Assembly (NCBI GenBank): GCA_964016885.1
Contig: OZ024741.1
Location: 128,898,001-128,962,000 of the forward strand
From: Eledone cirrhosa
Taxonomy: Eukaryota
Length of the DNA stretch: 64,000 bases
Direction of reading: 5' to 3'
Both the position numbers and the translations under genes were made by a program. The notes beneath the pieces were generated by a model. The model was not told the origin of the DNA, searched no databases, and saw only the letters and a list, made by a program, of their open reading frames with translations. Position 1 is the stretch's first letter. Each line of letters starts with the position of its first letter. Below, one piece after another: positions 37,935-49,626 of the stretch.

Positions 37935-38330
37935 GTTGTGAGTTCAATTCTCAGACTGAGTGATGTGTTGTTTCCTTGAGCAAGACACTTTATTTCACAT
38001 TGCTCCAGTTTACTCAGCTGTAGAAATGAGATGATAGAACTGGGGTCCTTATCATTCCACTGCAAAGTGGTCGTAGAGGTGCCACGGCAAAAAAGCACGC
38101 ATCCCACACTGTAAAGTGGACGTGTAGGCACCACGGAAAAAAAAAGCACCCAGCACTCACTGTAAAATGAGGTTGGTGTTAGGAAGGGCATCCAGCTGTA
38201 GAAATCAAGCCAGAATCAGTTCCTGTATGAGCAAGACAAGGTCAGCCGACCGGACACTGCTCACAACAGGACAACCCGTCTAACCCATGCTAGCTTGGAA
38301 GAACGGACGTAAAACGGTGATGATGATGAT
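37935..38330 (+). mobile_element. SINE family A copy
   Basis: Same body and (GAT)n tail as 5792-6182. Confidence 0.75.
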
Positions 38331-39298
38331 AATTGAATATAAAAGAGAGATAAACACAGATATATACATATATGTGTTCAAATCGTAGGGGACCAGATTC
38401 GCTAAGGTGAAAAAAATACTATGGTCAATAGGATTTGCCAGACTCAATTTAAGAATAAATCAAGAAAATAAATACAAACCGGAATTGTGGTAACTACCAC
38501 TCACCCAGACAGCGTTTGGCTATGCTGTTTTGCAAAATTAATTGTGAAGAGGAATACCGATTCTTGCTCATCGGTGGGTGAAAAATTAGTAAGCTCCTCA
38601 CTTCTAAGTATATCAGAAAACTGAATAGTGTGCATATATATAATAACTGTTTCTACTTTTTGGCACAAGGCCAGCAATTATCCCAGTGTATTACTGGTAC
38701 TTTATTTTATCAACCCTGTAAGGATGAAAGGCAAAGTTAACCTTGGCAAGATTTGAACTCAGAATGGCAAGGGCCGTAACTCTATGCGTCAAAGCATGGC
38801 GTCCGACCCTCTACCGATACTGCCAATCCACCGCCCTTATAATAACGCACATGGTATCAGAACTTAGCGTGTCTCACAAGCTCACACCACTAAAAATAGC
38901 AGCCAAGTTTACTAGACATTTAAATTAGCTTAACAAATTAACGGAGCAGAATATATCAAAGAGTTAGAGACTCAAAATAGTCTCTTACAATAAAATAGCT
39001 CTAGGAAAGAGATTTTTCCGAGCAGTATATTATAATTGAATATAAAAGATATATATATATATATTAGAGGCATTATATATGAATTACAAATATTATTTTT
39101 CTCAACCTTCTAACCTCTTCTTTCTCTTAACTTTACTCTTTCTGATGAAGGACTAATGTCTAATATGTTGAAACATTCCTTTTCCTTTTCCAATTAGTGT
39201 GAAACTAAAAAGACGGTGTGTAATTGTATTTCTGTCTTTGTTTTTTTATCCAGAACTATATATCTTCATATTTATCTATACAGGGTTGCGATACAATT

Positions 39299-39610
39299 AT
39301 GAAGCTTACAAGACAACTTATACAATTCCGTTGTCCAATGTCCTGTCAAAGACTTCTGCAGCAGTATTCCCCACCTCAGTACCAAATTCCTCTGAGAGCT
39401 TCAGTGACACAGAGGTACACCAACTCCTTAGCAACCCATGACTCATCATCATTACTAAATCAAGCAAACCATAAAATATGTCCTCAAAATTCCTGTCAAA
39501 TCTCTGCCTTGTCCACACTAGAATGTCAGAATATCTTCCGAAGCCCATTTTTTAAATATCGCCATTATTCAACACAGAAACCAAAAGATAATTTTTCCTT
39601 AGAAGAAACG
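39299..39610 (+). CDS. Candidate first coding exon of a mitochondrially targeted protein (exon 39284-39610)
   Basis: Acceptor tttatctatacag, ATG at 39299, 104 open codons rich in R/S/Q/L with few acidic residues, ending RHYSTQKPKDNFSLEET, then a phase-0 GTGAGT donor. Confidence 0.45.
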
Positions 39611-39903
39611 GTGAGTTAAATTTACATTTGTAACTCATAATTTACACAGTTTGTCCATGGGACACAGCCCTAACTCTGCCCCGCCCTCGGGCCAGAGCCT
39701 ATCACTCTCCACCATTCCCCTTTTCTTTCTTCTGTGGCCCAACAGTCCTTGCTTTTCCTCTCATTTATGACATTTATAGTCCTTTCCTCTACTTTTCCAT
39801 ACAACCAGATCCGTCCTTCTTTACCCCTTCTCCTTTTTTCTCATTACTTAATTCTGTTTTTATCTTTCTTTTTCATATTTCTTTAATTATCAATGGTTAT
39901 TAA

Positions 39904-40645
39904 CCCTTTAGCATTTAAACTGACCATATCCAGCCAGAATTCTCTCACCTCTTTCTGTTCAAACCAGTCATAACTGGCTGCTCATACTGACATTAAGGTA
40001 TTGTTCTCAAAATATATAATATCAAAATCTTGTAGATTCAATATTATGTGAGATAAAGCTTTTTGTGTGAAAATACAATAGTAAATATAGAGTAATGTAA
40101 ATGTTATGTGAGATAAAGCCTTTACCATGAAAATACAACAGTAAATATAGAGTAATGTAAATGTTATGTGAGATAAAGCCTTTACCATGAAAATACAATA
40201 GTAAATATAGAGTAATGTAAATGTTATGTGAGGTAAAGCCTTTACCATGAAAATACAATAGTAAATATAGAGTAATGTAAATGTTATGTGAGATAAAGCC
40301 TTTACCATGAAAATACAATAGTAAATATAGAGTAATGTAAATGCTATGTGAGATAAAGCCTTTACCATGAAAATACAATAGTAAATATAGAGTAATGTAA
40401 ATGTTATGTGAGATAAAGCCATGAAAATACAATAGTAAATATAGAGTAATGTAAATGCTATGTGAGATAAAGCCTTTACCATGAAAATACAATAGTAAAT
40501 ATAGAGTAATGTAAATGTTATGTGAGATAAAGCCTTTACCATGAAAATACAATAGTAAATATAGAGTAATGTAAATGTTATGTGAGATAAAGCCTTTACC
40601 ATGAAAATACAATAGTAAATATAGAGTAATGTAAATGATAAAGGG
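39904..40645 (+). mobile_element. piggyBac-type MITE with about 10 tandem copies of an internal 60-bp unit
   Basis: ttaa|cccttt ... aaaggg|ttaa. Unit tatgtgagataaagcctttaccatgaaaatacaatagtaaatatagagtaatgtaaatg repeats over about 40045-40637. Confidence 0.9.
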
Positions 40646-41289
40646 TTAAGCCAACTTTGTGAGTGAAACACATGTATTGAGAATAAACATTTATTTGTAA
40701 TGTTAAAAAAAATGTACATATTGTCTGTGTTGTTGTTTTGTCCCAAATCAGCTCTGACCCAGAAGACGTATGATGAAAAGCTTTCTAACCATGCCCATCC
40801 TTTCTTGTTTTCAGATATAGCATATCTAGAACAACACTGTCCAATGTACCCTCTCTTTTAAAGACAATAGAGTATTATTTGGCAGAGATGTATTTGATTT
40901 GCAAGGTTTTTTATAGGAAATCATATGTTGAAACAAATATTGTTATATTTGGGGAGAGTCATGTTGTCCTAATATTGCCATTCAGAAAGCCAAACGGACC
41001 ACATGTGGCTCACATGGGCCACAGTTTGCCCATGACTTGTTCAACTTATTTTGTTTTAATTCTCTGTTAGAACCATTTACTTCAGTTATATCTCCAAGGA
41101 CCTTTGAAATAAAATAAATATCACACAAACTCATTTTTTTTTGTTTTTGTCCCTACCACTTTTTCTTAGAAATCTGAAGATTTCTCCATGTGTAAGAAAA
41201 CAAACAATTTTTCTAAGATTTCCTTCCAAAATTTAAAACAAATGAACTTCCTTTCATTTCAATAAAAAATATATCCTTATTTATTACAG

Positions 41290-41314
41290 GCTGTGAGGTT
41301 AGCCAATGAAAACG
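41290..41314 (+). CDS. Candidate 25-bp micro-exon (AVRLANEN)
   Basis: ttatttattacag|GCTGTGAGGTTAGCCAATGAAAACG|gtaaga, phase-compatible with the donor at 39610. Confidence 0.35.
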
Positions 41315-41378
41315 GTAAGAGAGTAAATTCTTAATAGTTCCTCCATTTCTTACATATCTTCTATTGAACACCACTTAA

Positions 41379-41659
41379 CCCTTTAGCATTTAAACTGGCC
41401 ATATCCAGCCAGAATTCTCTCACCTCATTCTTTTCAAACCAGCCATAACCAGCCATTCATACTGATGTTAAGGTATTGTTTTCAAAATAAATAATATCAA
41501 AACCTCATAGATTCGATATTATGTGAGATAATTGTGTGAGGTAAAGCCTTTACCATGAAAATACAATAGTAAATATAGAGTAATGTAAATGTTATGTGAG
41601 GTAAAGCCTTTACCATGAAAATACAATAGTAAATATAGAGTAATGTAAATGATAAAGGG
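41379..41659 (+). mobile_element. piggyBac-type MITE with two copies of the 60-bp unit
   Basis: TTAA flanks, CCCTTT/AAAGGG ends, unit duplicated at about 41535-41652. Confidence 0.8.
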
Positions 41660-42195
41660 TTAAAACATTTCTACTAAAATACTGCTTGCCTGCTAGCCTC
41701 TAACAAACTATACATGTGTGTAAGTAAACACACACATGCTTTCTCTCCAAAAACCTTTTTTCCTCCCTCTTCTCACTCTTGTCTGGAAGATTGTATTTGG
41801 TCACAGGGTAGTTAAAATATTTCTGTGTGTCACACAAGAGATCCATAAATCTCTACCATGATTACTTCATTCGAATACACAAACCTAGAACATAAAAGTC
41901 CTTGAATATTCCTATCCTTGACTCCATGGCTGTCTTATAGGACTGGCTGATGTTAGCGCACACAAATCTGAGCTGTTACAAACAATTAAATGTACATAAA
42001 AGAGATACAATAAAAACAAAGCAAATATATTTGACTGATTTTGGCTTTTTTATATCTTTATTTGAAATAGAATTTTTTCATTTAAAATTAAATTAACAAC
42101 AAACAGTTTTCAAAAAATAAAACTACTTCATCTCTATTTGATACTTTCATCCTTTCTTCCTTTTTTCTTTTTTGTTATTTATTTATTCATTGTTT

Positions 42196-42377
42196 TCACA
42201 TATGCCTTATCTTTTGGCAGTTGAAGGATCTCTTGTACATAGGACTTTGTAAAAAGTTTGGTCGTACAGGAGTTCTTAAACCCATCTTTATACTGGGAGG
42301 GGTGTGGGGTTCCACGACATCCCACACATGAGGGTTGTTTACTTTAAAAGCCAGGATCTTGGCTATCTCTGTATGAC
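42196..42377 (-). CDS. Ankyrin-repeat protein, last coding exon
   Basis: Acceptor ttcatattag, phase 1, reading (G)HTEIAKILAFKVNNPHVW...KIRHM then TGA. It completes the ankyrin repeat begun in the 44141-44203 exon. Confidence 0.8.
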
Positions 42378-42914
42378 CTAATATGAAACAAAGCAAACAA
42401 CCAATTTTTATTTTTTGTTTATTTTTACATATAAATAATTATTTTCTAACATTGCAACAAGGCCAGTAATTTGGTGGGGAGGGGAAAGTTGATTATTGAT
42501 CCCAGTACATGGCTGATACTGATACTTTATTTTATTGACCTCGGAAAGATGAATGGTAAAGTAGACCTCAGCAGGATTTGAACTGAGAACATAGAAAGTT
42601 GTATTGCCTGACACTCTACTGCTAATTCCACCACCCTGTTTTTATATATAAATAATAATAATAATGGTTTCTGATTCAGGCACAAGGACAGCAATTTTTG
42701 GGGGGAGGGGAAAGTCAATTAAATCGACACCAGTGCATTACCGGTACTTTATTTTATCGACCCTGTAAGGATGAAAGACAAAGCTAACCTTGGTGGGATT
42801 TGACCTCAGAACGTAAAGGGACGAAACTAAGTACCACAAAGTATTTTGTCTGACACTCTACTGATATTGCTAATACATCACTCTCTTTTTACATATAAAT
42901 AATAATAATGATAA

Positions 42915-43325
42915 TAATCATCATCATCATCATCATCACCGTTTTACGTTCCACACTAGCATGGGTTAGACGAGTTGTCCTGTTGTGGGCAATGCCAGGT
43001 CAGGTGACCATGTTTTGCTCATACAGAACTGATTTGGGCTTTATTTCTACAGCTGGATGCCCTTCCTAACACCACCCTCATTTACAGTGAGTACTGGGTG
43101 CTTTTTTACCGTGGCACCTACACTACCACTTTACAGTGTCGACTGGGTGATTTTTGTCGTGACACCTCCATGACCACTTTACAGTGGGAGGGGGGGGGGC
43201 ATACTGTCTATATGCTTCAGCTTCAGCTTGTACACATGGGAAGTCAGGTCTTCTGTATTACTGCGTAATGGCAGAGGTCTCAGTCCTGTGTCATAGCCTT
43301 TGAGAGGTGCAATTGGGCAAGGTCA
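42915..43325 (-). mobile_element. SINE family A / RTE 3' tail copy
   Basis: (CAT)n followed by the reverse complement of the family A tail. Confidence 0.7.
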
Positions 43326-44140
43326 GCTTTTAATAATAATAGTAATAATAATAAGAAGAAAATGCACTTTATTCAACTTATTTTCTCAGCTACTAAATAC
43401 TAACGACTTTCATTAAGTCAAATAAAAGTGATAGTGCTAGAACATATACCACAAGGCATCCTTTCTTATGCTCTAACAATTCTGACGATCCACCACCTTA
43501 GACTAGTACTTTTATGTATTTTATTGACGCTAAAAAGATAAAAGGGAGAGGTGACCACAGCTAGATTTGAACTCCACGTGTAAAGAGTCATAATAGATAC
43601 CGTAATGAATGTTGTCCTTTGTCCTGATGACCTTTCCAGTATAGGAATATTTGTTAAGTTGTATGGCAAATTGTCAGAGATATTAGAATGCTACATAGAA
43701 TGCTTTGCGATATCTATTCTAGCTCTCTGCATTCTAAATTAAAATCCTGCTGAAGTCACCTTTGCCTTTCATCCTTTTACCTTTTAAGGTTGATAGAAAA
43801 AAGCGCCAGTGCAGTTAATTCTTATTCTTAATCTCTTTCTCACTTCCTCTCTCTCCTTCTCTGGATGAAATCAGCTGTATTCTGACCTGAAGATGGATGA
43901 TCTCCATCACATTTATAGTAGCCAAGACATGCCGTATGTCACTGTGGCACCCCTAGAACTCCATTTGGGGGTTATGGGTCCATACATACATCTGTTAAGT
44001 TATATTCCAAACACCAGCTTAATAATAAGAAAGTTAATATTACTAAATCCTCCCAAATTCCTGATTATTTTCAAAATTTTTTGAAAATCGTAGGCAGTGC
44101 CTTTCATTAGAAATATGGTAGTGAAAGGGTTGCTAGTCAC

Positions 44141-44203
44141 CTGAGTTAGTAGCACAGTCAATTGGATAAATTCCAGATTTAGTGGGCATGTTTACACGAG
44201 CAC
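44141..44203 (-). CDS. Ankyrin-repeat protein, internal exon (63 bp)
   Basis: ttttgcag|(G)ARVNMPTKSGIYPIDCATNS(G)|gtgact, phase 1-1. Confidence 0.85.
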
Positions 44204-44667
44204 CTGCAAAATAAAAAATAAAAAAATGCATGTCTATGATGTTTTTATTATCAAGCATAAATGCAATTATTTTAATATTTAGCGCAACCTAACGACTAGA
44301 TTAGGACACATGAGGAAAAAACAAACAAACATAGGAAGACACAGGCATAAACAGCGCAATATACAAACCCAAACACAAAGACACAGACACAGGCATAGAT
44401 GCAAATGCATGTGCAACAAGAAAATGTACCACAGAAAGAAAAAATAGAGTAAAGGAAAAAAGACTACAAAAATGTGGAGGCATGGAGAAGAAAAACAAAT
44501 AGTCATTGAGGAGGTCATAGAATGTGTGACAAAAGAGCTTTGACAAACTAACCAATAACCAATAACCAATAACAAATAATAATAAAGCTGAAATGAAAGT
44601 CAAATAGTATGTGTGTTTTTATTGGCAAAATTGGCAACATGAACATCCCCAAATATAACAATATATA

Positions 44668-45022
44668 TCATCATCATCATCATCATTTTACGTCCGCTTT
44701 TCCCTGCTTGCAAGGGTGGGACGGGTCTTATTCAGCACAGCATCTCTCCACTCGTCACGGTCCCTCGTCATCTCCACCGTGAGCTTCAATGATCTGAGGT
44801 CTGTTCTCACCACCTCCGCCCATGTTTTTCGTGGTCTACCTCTACCACGTCTTCCTTCAACTGGCAATTCCTGGCACTTCTTCACCCATCGGTCATCCTC
44901 CATGCGCATCACATGTCCATACCACCTCAGTCTCCTCTCCCGTACACTACATTCTATCCCTCTCAGACACAGTTTCTCTCTCAACACATTTATGCTGTGT
45001 CGTTCACGCACATTTACACTGC
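44668..45022 (-). mobile_element. RTE LINE 3' end
   Basis: RERRLRWYGHVMRMEDDRWVKK...GRRGRGRPRKTW with a (GAT)n tail. Confidence 0.85.
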
Positions 45023-45508
45023 ATATATATATATATATATATATAATTACCTCAGAAAAAAATAATACATTCCACCATTGCTTACACAATTAAACAACTG
45101 CATCTAACCGAACTTTTGATGATGCTTTCTCACTTTTTAGATTCTTAAAGCACATCGTAAAAACTTTTAGTAAAAAATACAGGTCTTCCAGTGAGGAGTT
45201 CTTTTAATTCATTATTTGAATTATATATATGTATATATATTTCTGTATATATTATTGTTGCTGCCATCTCTATAATCGATCTATATGTAACCTGATAACT
45301 TATGAAAATAAACTCTGATGATGCTGATTTGAGCCTATTCCCGGTTGCAGTATAAACATAAGGAAATTTGGATAATGATTTTTTTGAAAAACATTTTCTT
45401 CAAAAATTATAAAATTTCTGATTTTGTAACTTCACATCCTTGGGATGAAGCTCTACCAGCTGAAACGTGTTATTTTTGTAGCATATTGACTCTTTGGCGT
45501 TTCTTAAT

Positions 45509-45547
<39 letters not shown>

Positions 45548-45549
45548 TG

Positions 45550-45597
<48 letters not shown>

Positions 45598-45600
<3 letters not shown>

Positions 45601-46250
45601 CGATGGATGTGTAATCATAATATACGTGAACGGCAAAGCATAAACGAATTGAGAGAGAGACTGAGCGTAAGAGGAATCAAATGCTGTGTACAGGAGAGGA
45701 GGTTGCATTGGTATGGACATGTGATGCATATGAAGGATGACAGCTGCATAAAAAGGTGCAGAGCACTAAAAGTCGATGGAAGCCATGGAGTGGGGAGACT
45801 CAAGAAGACCTGTTATGAGGTGATAAAAGCGGATCTTGCCCAATTGCACCTCTCAAAGGTGATGACACAGGACCGTGACCTCTAGCGTCATGCAGTAATA
45901 CAGAAGACCCGACTTTCCACGAGAACAAGCTGAAGCATATAGACAATATGCTCCCATCCCCTCCCATTGCAAAGTGGTCGTGGAGGTGTCATGACAAAAA
46001 AGCACCCCGTCCACACTGTAAAGTGGTTGTGTAGGTGCCATGGAAAAAAAGCAGCCAGCTCTCACTGTAAATGAGATTGGTGTTAGGAAGGGCATCCAGT
46101 TGTAGAAATCAAACCAAAATCAGTTCCCGTATGAGCAAGACAAGGTCACCCAACCTGACATTGCCTACAACAGGACAACCTGTCTAACCCATGCTAGCGT
46201 GGAAGAATGGACGTAAAACAGTGATAATGATGATGATGATGATGATGATA
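45598..46250 (+). mobile_element. RTE LINE 3' end with the family A tail
   Basis: RWMCNHNIRERQSINELRERL...WYGHVMHM followed by the shared tail and (GAT)n. Confidence 0.8.
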
Positions 46251-46454
46251 TATATAATATACTCAGTAGTCTTGCTTGAGAATTCAACCAGATCAATTAT
46301 CGATGGTTACTTCAGATAGAAGAAGAAGAAGGAAGAAGAGGAGAAGATATATTTCTCTCTATATATATATATATAGAGAGAGAGAGAAAGAAAGAATGAG
46401 GTTGGCAGACAGACTGATAAATATATGGTAAATGATTGAAAAAGATTTACTTAC

Positions 46455-46553
46455 CATGACGGAGAAGACATTGAACCACTTTGTAATTTCCCTTACTTGC
46501 AGCTCTATGTAATGGGGCATATCCCTTATTGTTCTTTTTGTTAACATCACATC
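46455..46553 (-). CDS. Ankyrin-repeat protein, internal exon (99 bp, one ankyrin repeat)
   Basis: tattcag|(G)CDVNKKNNKGYAPLHRAASKGNYKVVQCLLRH(G)|gtaagt, canonical ankyrin consensus, phase 1-1. Confidence 0.92.
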
Positions 46554-46962
46554 CTGAATAGCATATATAAGCAGGAGATTTAGGATTATAGAAAAATATG
46601 TTCAGTTCACCATCACTCACATATATTTATATAGTGAAAATTCATGGCTTAGCAATTAGGGTGTTTAGTTCACAATCGTAAGATTGTGAGTTCAACTCCT
46701 GGCAGCACATTATGTCCTTGTGTAAGACACTTGATCTCACATTTCTAGAGTCTATTCAACTGGCAAAAATGAATTGTACCTGTAAATTCAAAAGGTCGGC
46801 CTTTTCACACACTTTGTCACACTTAATGTCTCTGAGAACTATGTTAAGAGTATATGTGCCTATGGAATGCTCAGCCACTTGCACATTAATTTCACAAGCA
46901 GGTTGTTCCATTGATCATATAACAGTATACTCACTGTCAAAACTGACACGATCTATCTGTCG

Positions 46963-46993
<31 letters not shown>

Positions 46994-46995
<2 letters not shown>

Positions 46996-47451
46996 GCTAT
47001 GGCGAAAGAGGTTGTATGGTGGACAAGGTTGAAAGGGCTGAGGTCAGACACCTTTCTCTCCGGCCAACAACTGATTCTTTTTTTCAAATACCACTTTGGA
47101 AGAAGAATCAGGATGGAGAGAGAGGTGCTGTACCCCAGCAAGTTTTATGAAAGGTGGGTGAAAGTGGCGAGAATGGCCCGAGTGAATGGGCCTTCTCTCT
47201 ATATCAGCCTGTAGGTTGAGGAAAAGGAGGAGGAGAGGAAAGGAGTACAAGCTCTTCGTACTCCTGGAGATGAGGGTTGCACATTTTTTTCGGGGGTCTG
47301 TGTTACCCATATAAACTGTCTCCCTCTATTGGGGAAAATCGACTAACTTTTAAATTCCATCTGTGATAACATTTTACACGTTTTTATTGTATGTAAACTT
47401 CCCCCTTTGTATTTGTCCCCTTCTTTTGTGCCCCTGTGGCTAATAAAGAAA
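46994..47451 (+). mobile_element. 5'-truncated Tx1-clade copy (end of ORF2 plus 3' UTR) inside (TATC)n
   Basis: Nearly identical to 52843-53300 (MAKEVVWWTRLKGLRSD...YISL), with TATC repeats on both sides. Confidence 0.9.
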
Positions 47452-47453
47452 TA

Positions 47454-47493
<40 letters not shown>

Positions 47494-47711
47494 AGACGTG
47501 TGTAACTTCGCGGAGAAGTTTCTGTTAATTTATGTAAGAAAAAAACGTGAGTTTTCAGTTAAATTTTATATTATTGTGTAACTTGACCCCCCGTCTGAAC
47601 CTTCCTGTGGTGGGTCAACTCATTTTCGCCCCTACAGGGGCGAAATATCCGTTTGAAAAATTTTTTCTCCATCGAATCTTGGAAAAAATATTGTAAAAGT
47701 TTGATTACGTT

Positions 47712-49589
47712 ATGAACGCTGCGTCCAACGATAATGGTGGTGGAGAGGCGGTAAGACTACAAAGCTCGCAGTCAACATCGTCTTCTTCACTAGATACTAT
47801 AGAGATGGAAAGACGAAATGAAAATGCAAAAACAAATTCATATCCAAACAACACAAATGACACCAAACAGTTCAATGACAACAAAAATAACAGCAACACC
47901 AATAATGATGATAAAAACAACAATGATAACAACAACAAAGAAAAAAATAAAGACAACACCAATAACACCAGCATCAAAGACAACAACAACACCAAGGAAA
48001 ATACGAATAATATCAACATCGGTGACAACATGAATAACAAGAATAACAGCAATAATGACAACTCCACCAACACGGATAATTCCACAAAGAAACCAAAAAT
48101 CTCCTTTGCAGAGACAGTTCAAAAAAAGGAGGAACTGATATATCTCGACATAACAAATGCTGAACAACTTTTAAAGGACGCTAGGAGATATGTCACTTTC
48201 CAAAAAGATGGTGCTTTCAGCATCAATTCTCCGGTAGAAATTCGCAAGGAAACTGCTCTCAAAACGATAGTTTTTAGGACAGTTTCCAATTCTACCTGAA
48301 AACCAGTCCAATTGTCACAGAAAGAAATTGAACTGGTTTTCAAAAATTCAATGAATGATATTGCATTCATTCAAAGAAGCAAACTTTTTGGGAGTATTTC
48401 GGTACTCATGAAGGATCAATTGACAGCCCAAAATTACTCTGTGTCGCCAATTGTATCCAACCTGTACACCTTTTTCCCTACATACATGGGAAAAAGGACA
48501 CAAAAGATCAAAATCACGAGTGTCACACCAAAGGTGAACATATGGTGGATACTGTGCGGCTTCATCAATTTTGATGAAGACAGAATACTGTCCCCCAGAG
48601 ATGTATTCAATGGGACTAGCATTGAAGTTCTGGTGCAAATGAGCCCAGAGCGAATAGCTATGATCCCACAACGTGTACTCCTGGACGGACTCACCTACAT
48701 AAACTTTTCGGTTGAGGGTAGGCGGCCTTCATGTTACCATTGCTTTAGCAGGGGTCACTTGAAGGCTTCCTGTCTTAAATTAATGAATAAAAAAAAGGCT
48801 CTTCTGCCGACACCCATCAAAACAACACAACAACAACAACACCAACACACAAAAATAACCACAACAAACACAGTCCCACCCAACCCCACTCCACATAAAA
48901 CCACTGCAAAATCACATACAGACACAACAGCTCCCCAAGACATACCCCTCCCCAATCACACAGACGATACAACAGATGAGGCTATCTCGCCATCACCCAG
49001 TGAAGACGAGGGAGAACCCCATCACTCGAAAAGAAAGAAAAGACATCACAAAAGCAAAAAACCAGCAAACACTACCACAAACATACAACCACCAACACAA
49101 ACAACAAAAACATCACAAACAAAACCCCCACCTCCTGAAAACAAAATACCTACAACAAAACGAAAGCACACACAAGAACTACAGACAAAAACAAACACAA
49201 CACAAGAAAATTACATTTACACTTACATAAACACTGAAAACAAAACACTAATGGAGACCATCACGAACGACCCTTCGGTGAAAACCGAAGGGAAAACTTT
49301 CGCCCACTCTATTAAAAATAGCAAAAAGCTGAACCTAAAACTGATTAGGGTCCCTATAGAAACTTATAGGTCCCTAAAAGAAACATTTGAGAAGGATGTG
49401 GGGAATTCCTGCGTGAAACCACTTAACCGCGTCCTTCTCAAATGTCTCCCCACCCCATACACCCCCATCCCACCAGACCCCACCAAACATCTCCGTCCCC
49501 ATCCCGCCGGAAACCACCACCCATCCAGACAACCCCTCCAACACCCCCATGGAAATCGTGCGGCCTGGTCCCCAGGAAGCGAAGGGTGA
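47712..49589 (+). pseudogene. Tx1 ORF1 (gag-like): Asn-rich N-terminus, CCHC zinc knuckle, Thr/Lys/Pro-rich tail
   Basis: ORFs 47712-48299 and 48312-49589 are in the same frame, separated by one TGA. Motifs SFAETV and CYHCFSRGHLKASC. Confidence 0.85.
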
Positions 49590-49626
49590 GTGATCTCTTT
49601 TCCTCTTTTAACTTTTCAGCACCAAC

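Noticed and set aside
39135-39180. CTGATGA...GAAA hammerhead-like core (similar partial cores near 5565, 45315, 45445 and 46300)
   Set aside because: Stems I and III or the core are incomplete, so these are at best decayed remnants.
39982-40746. 254-aa and 196-aa repetitive minus-strand ORFs, and a superficially CRISPR-like 60-bp periodicity
   Set aside because: The units are nearly identical tandem copies with no unique spacers and sit inside a MITE. The ORFs follow from the 60-bp period.
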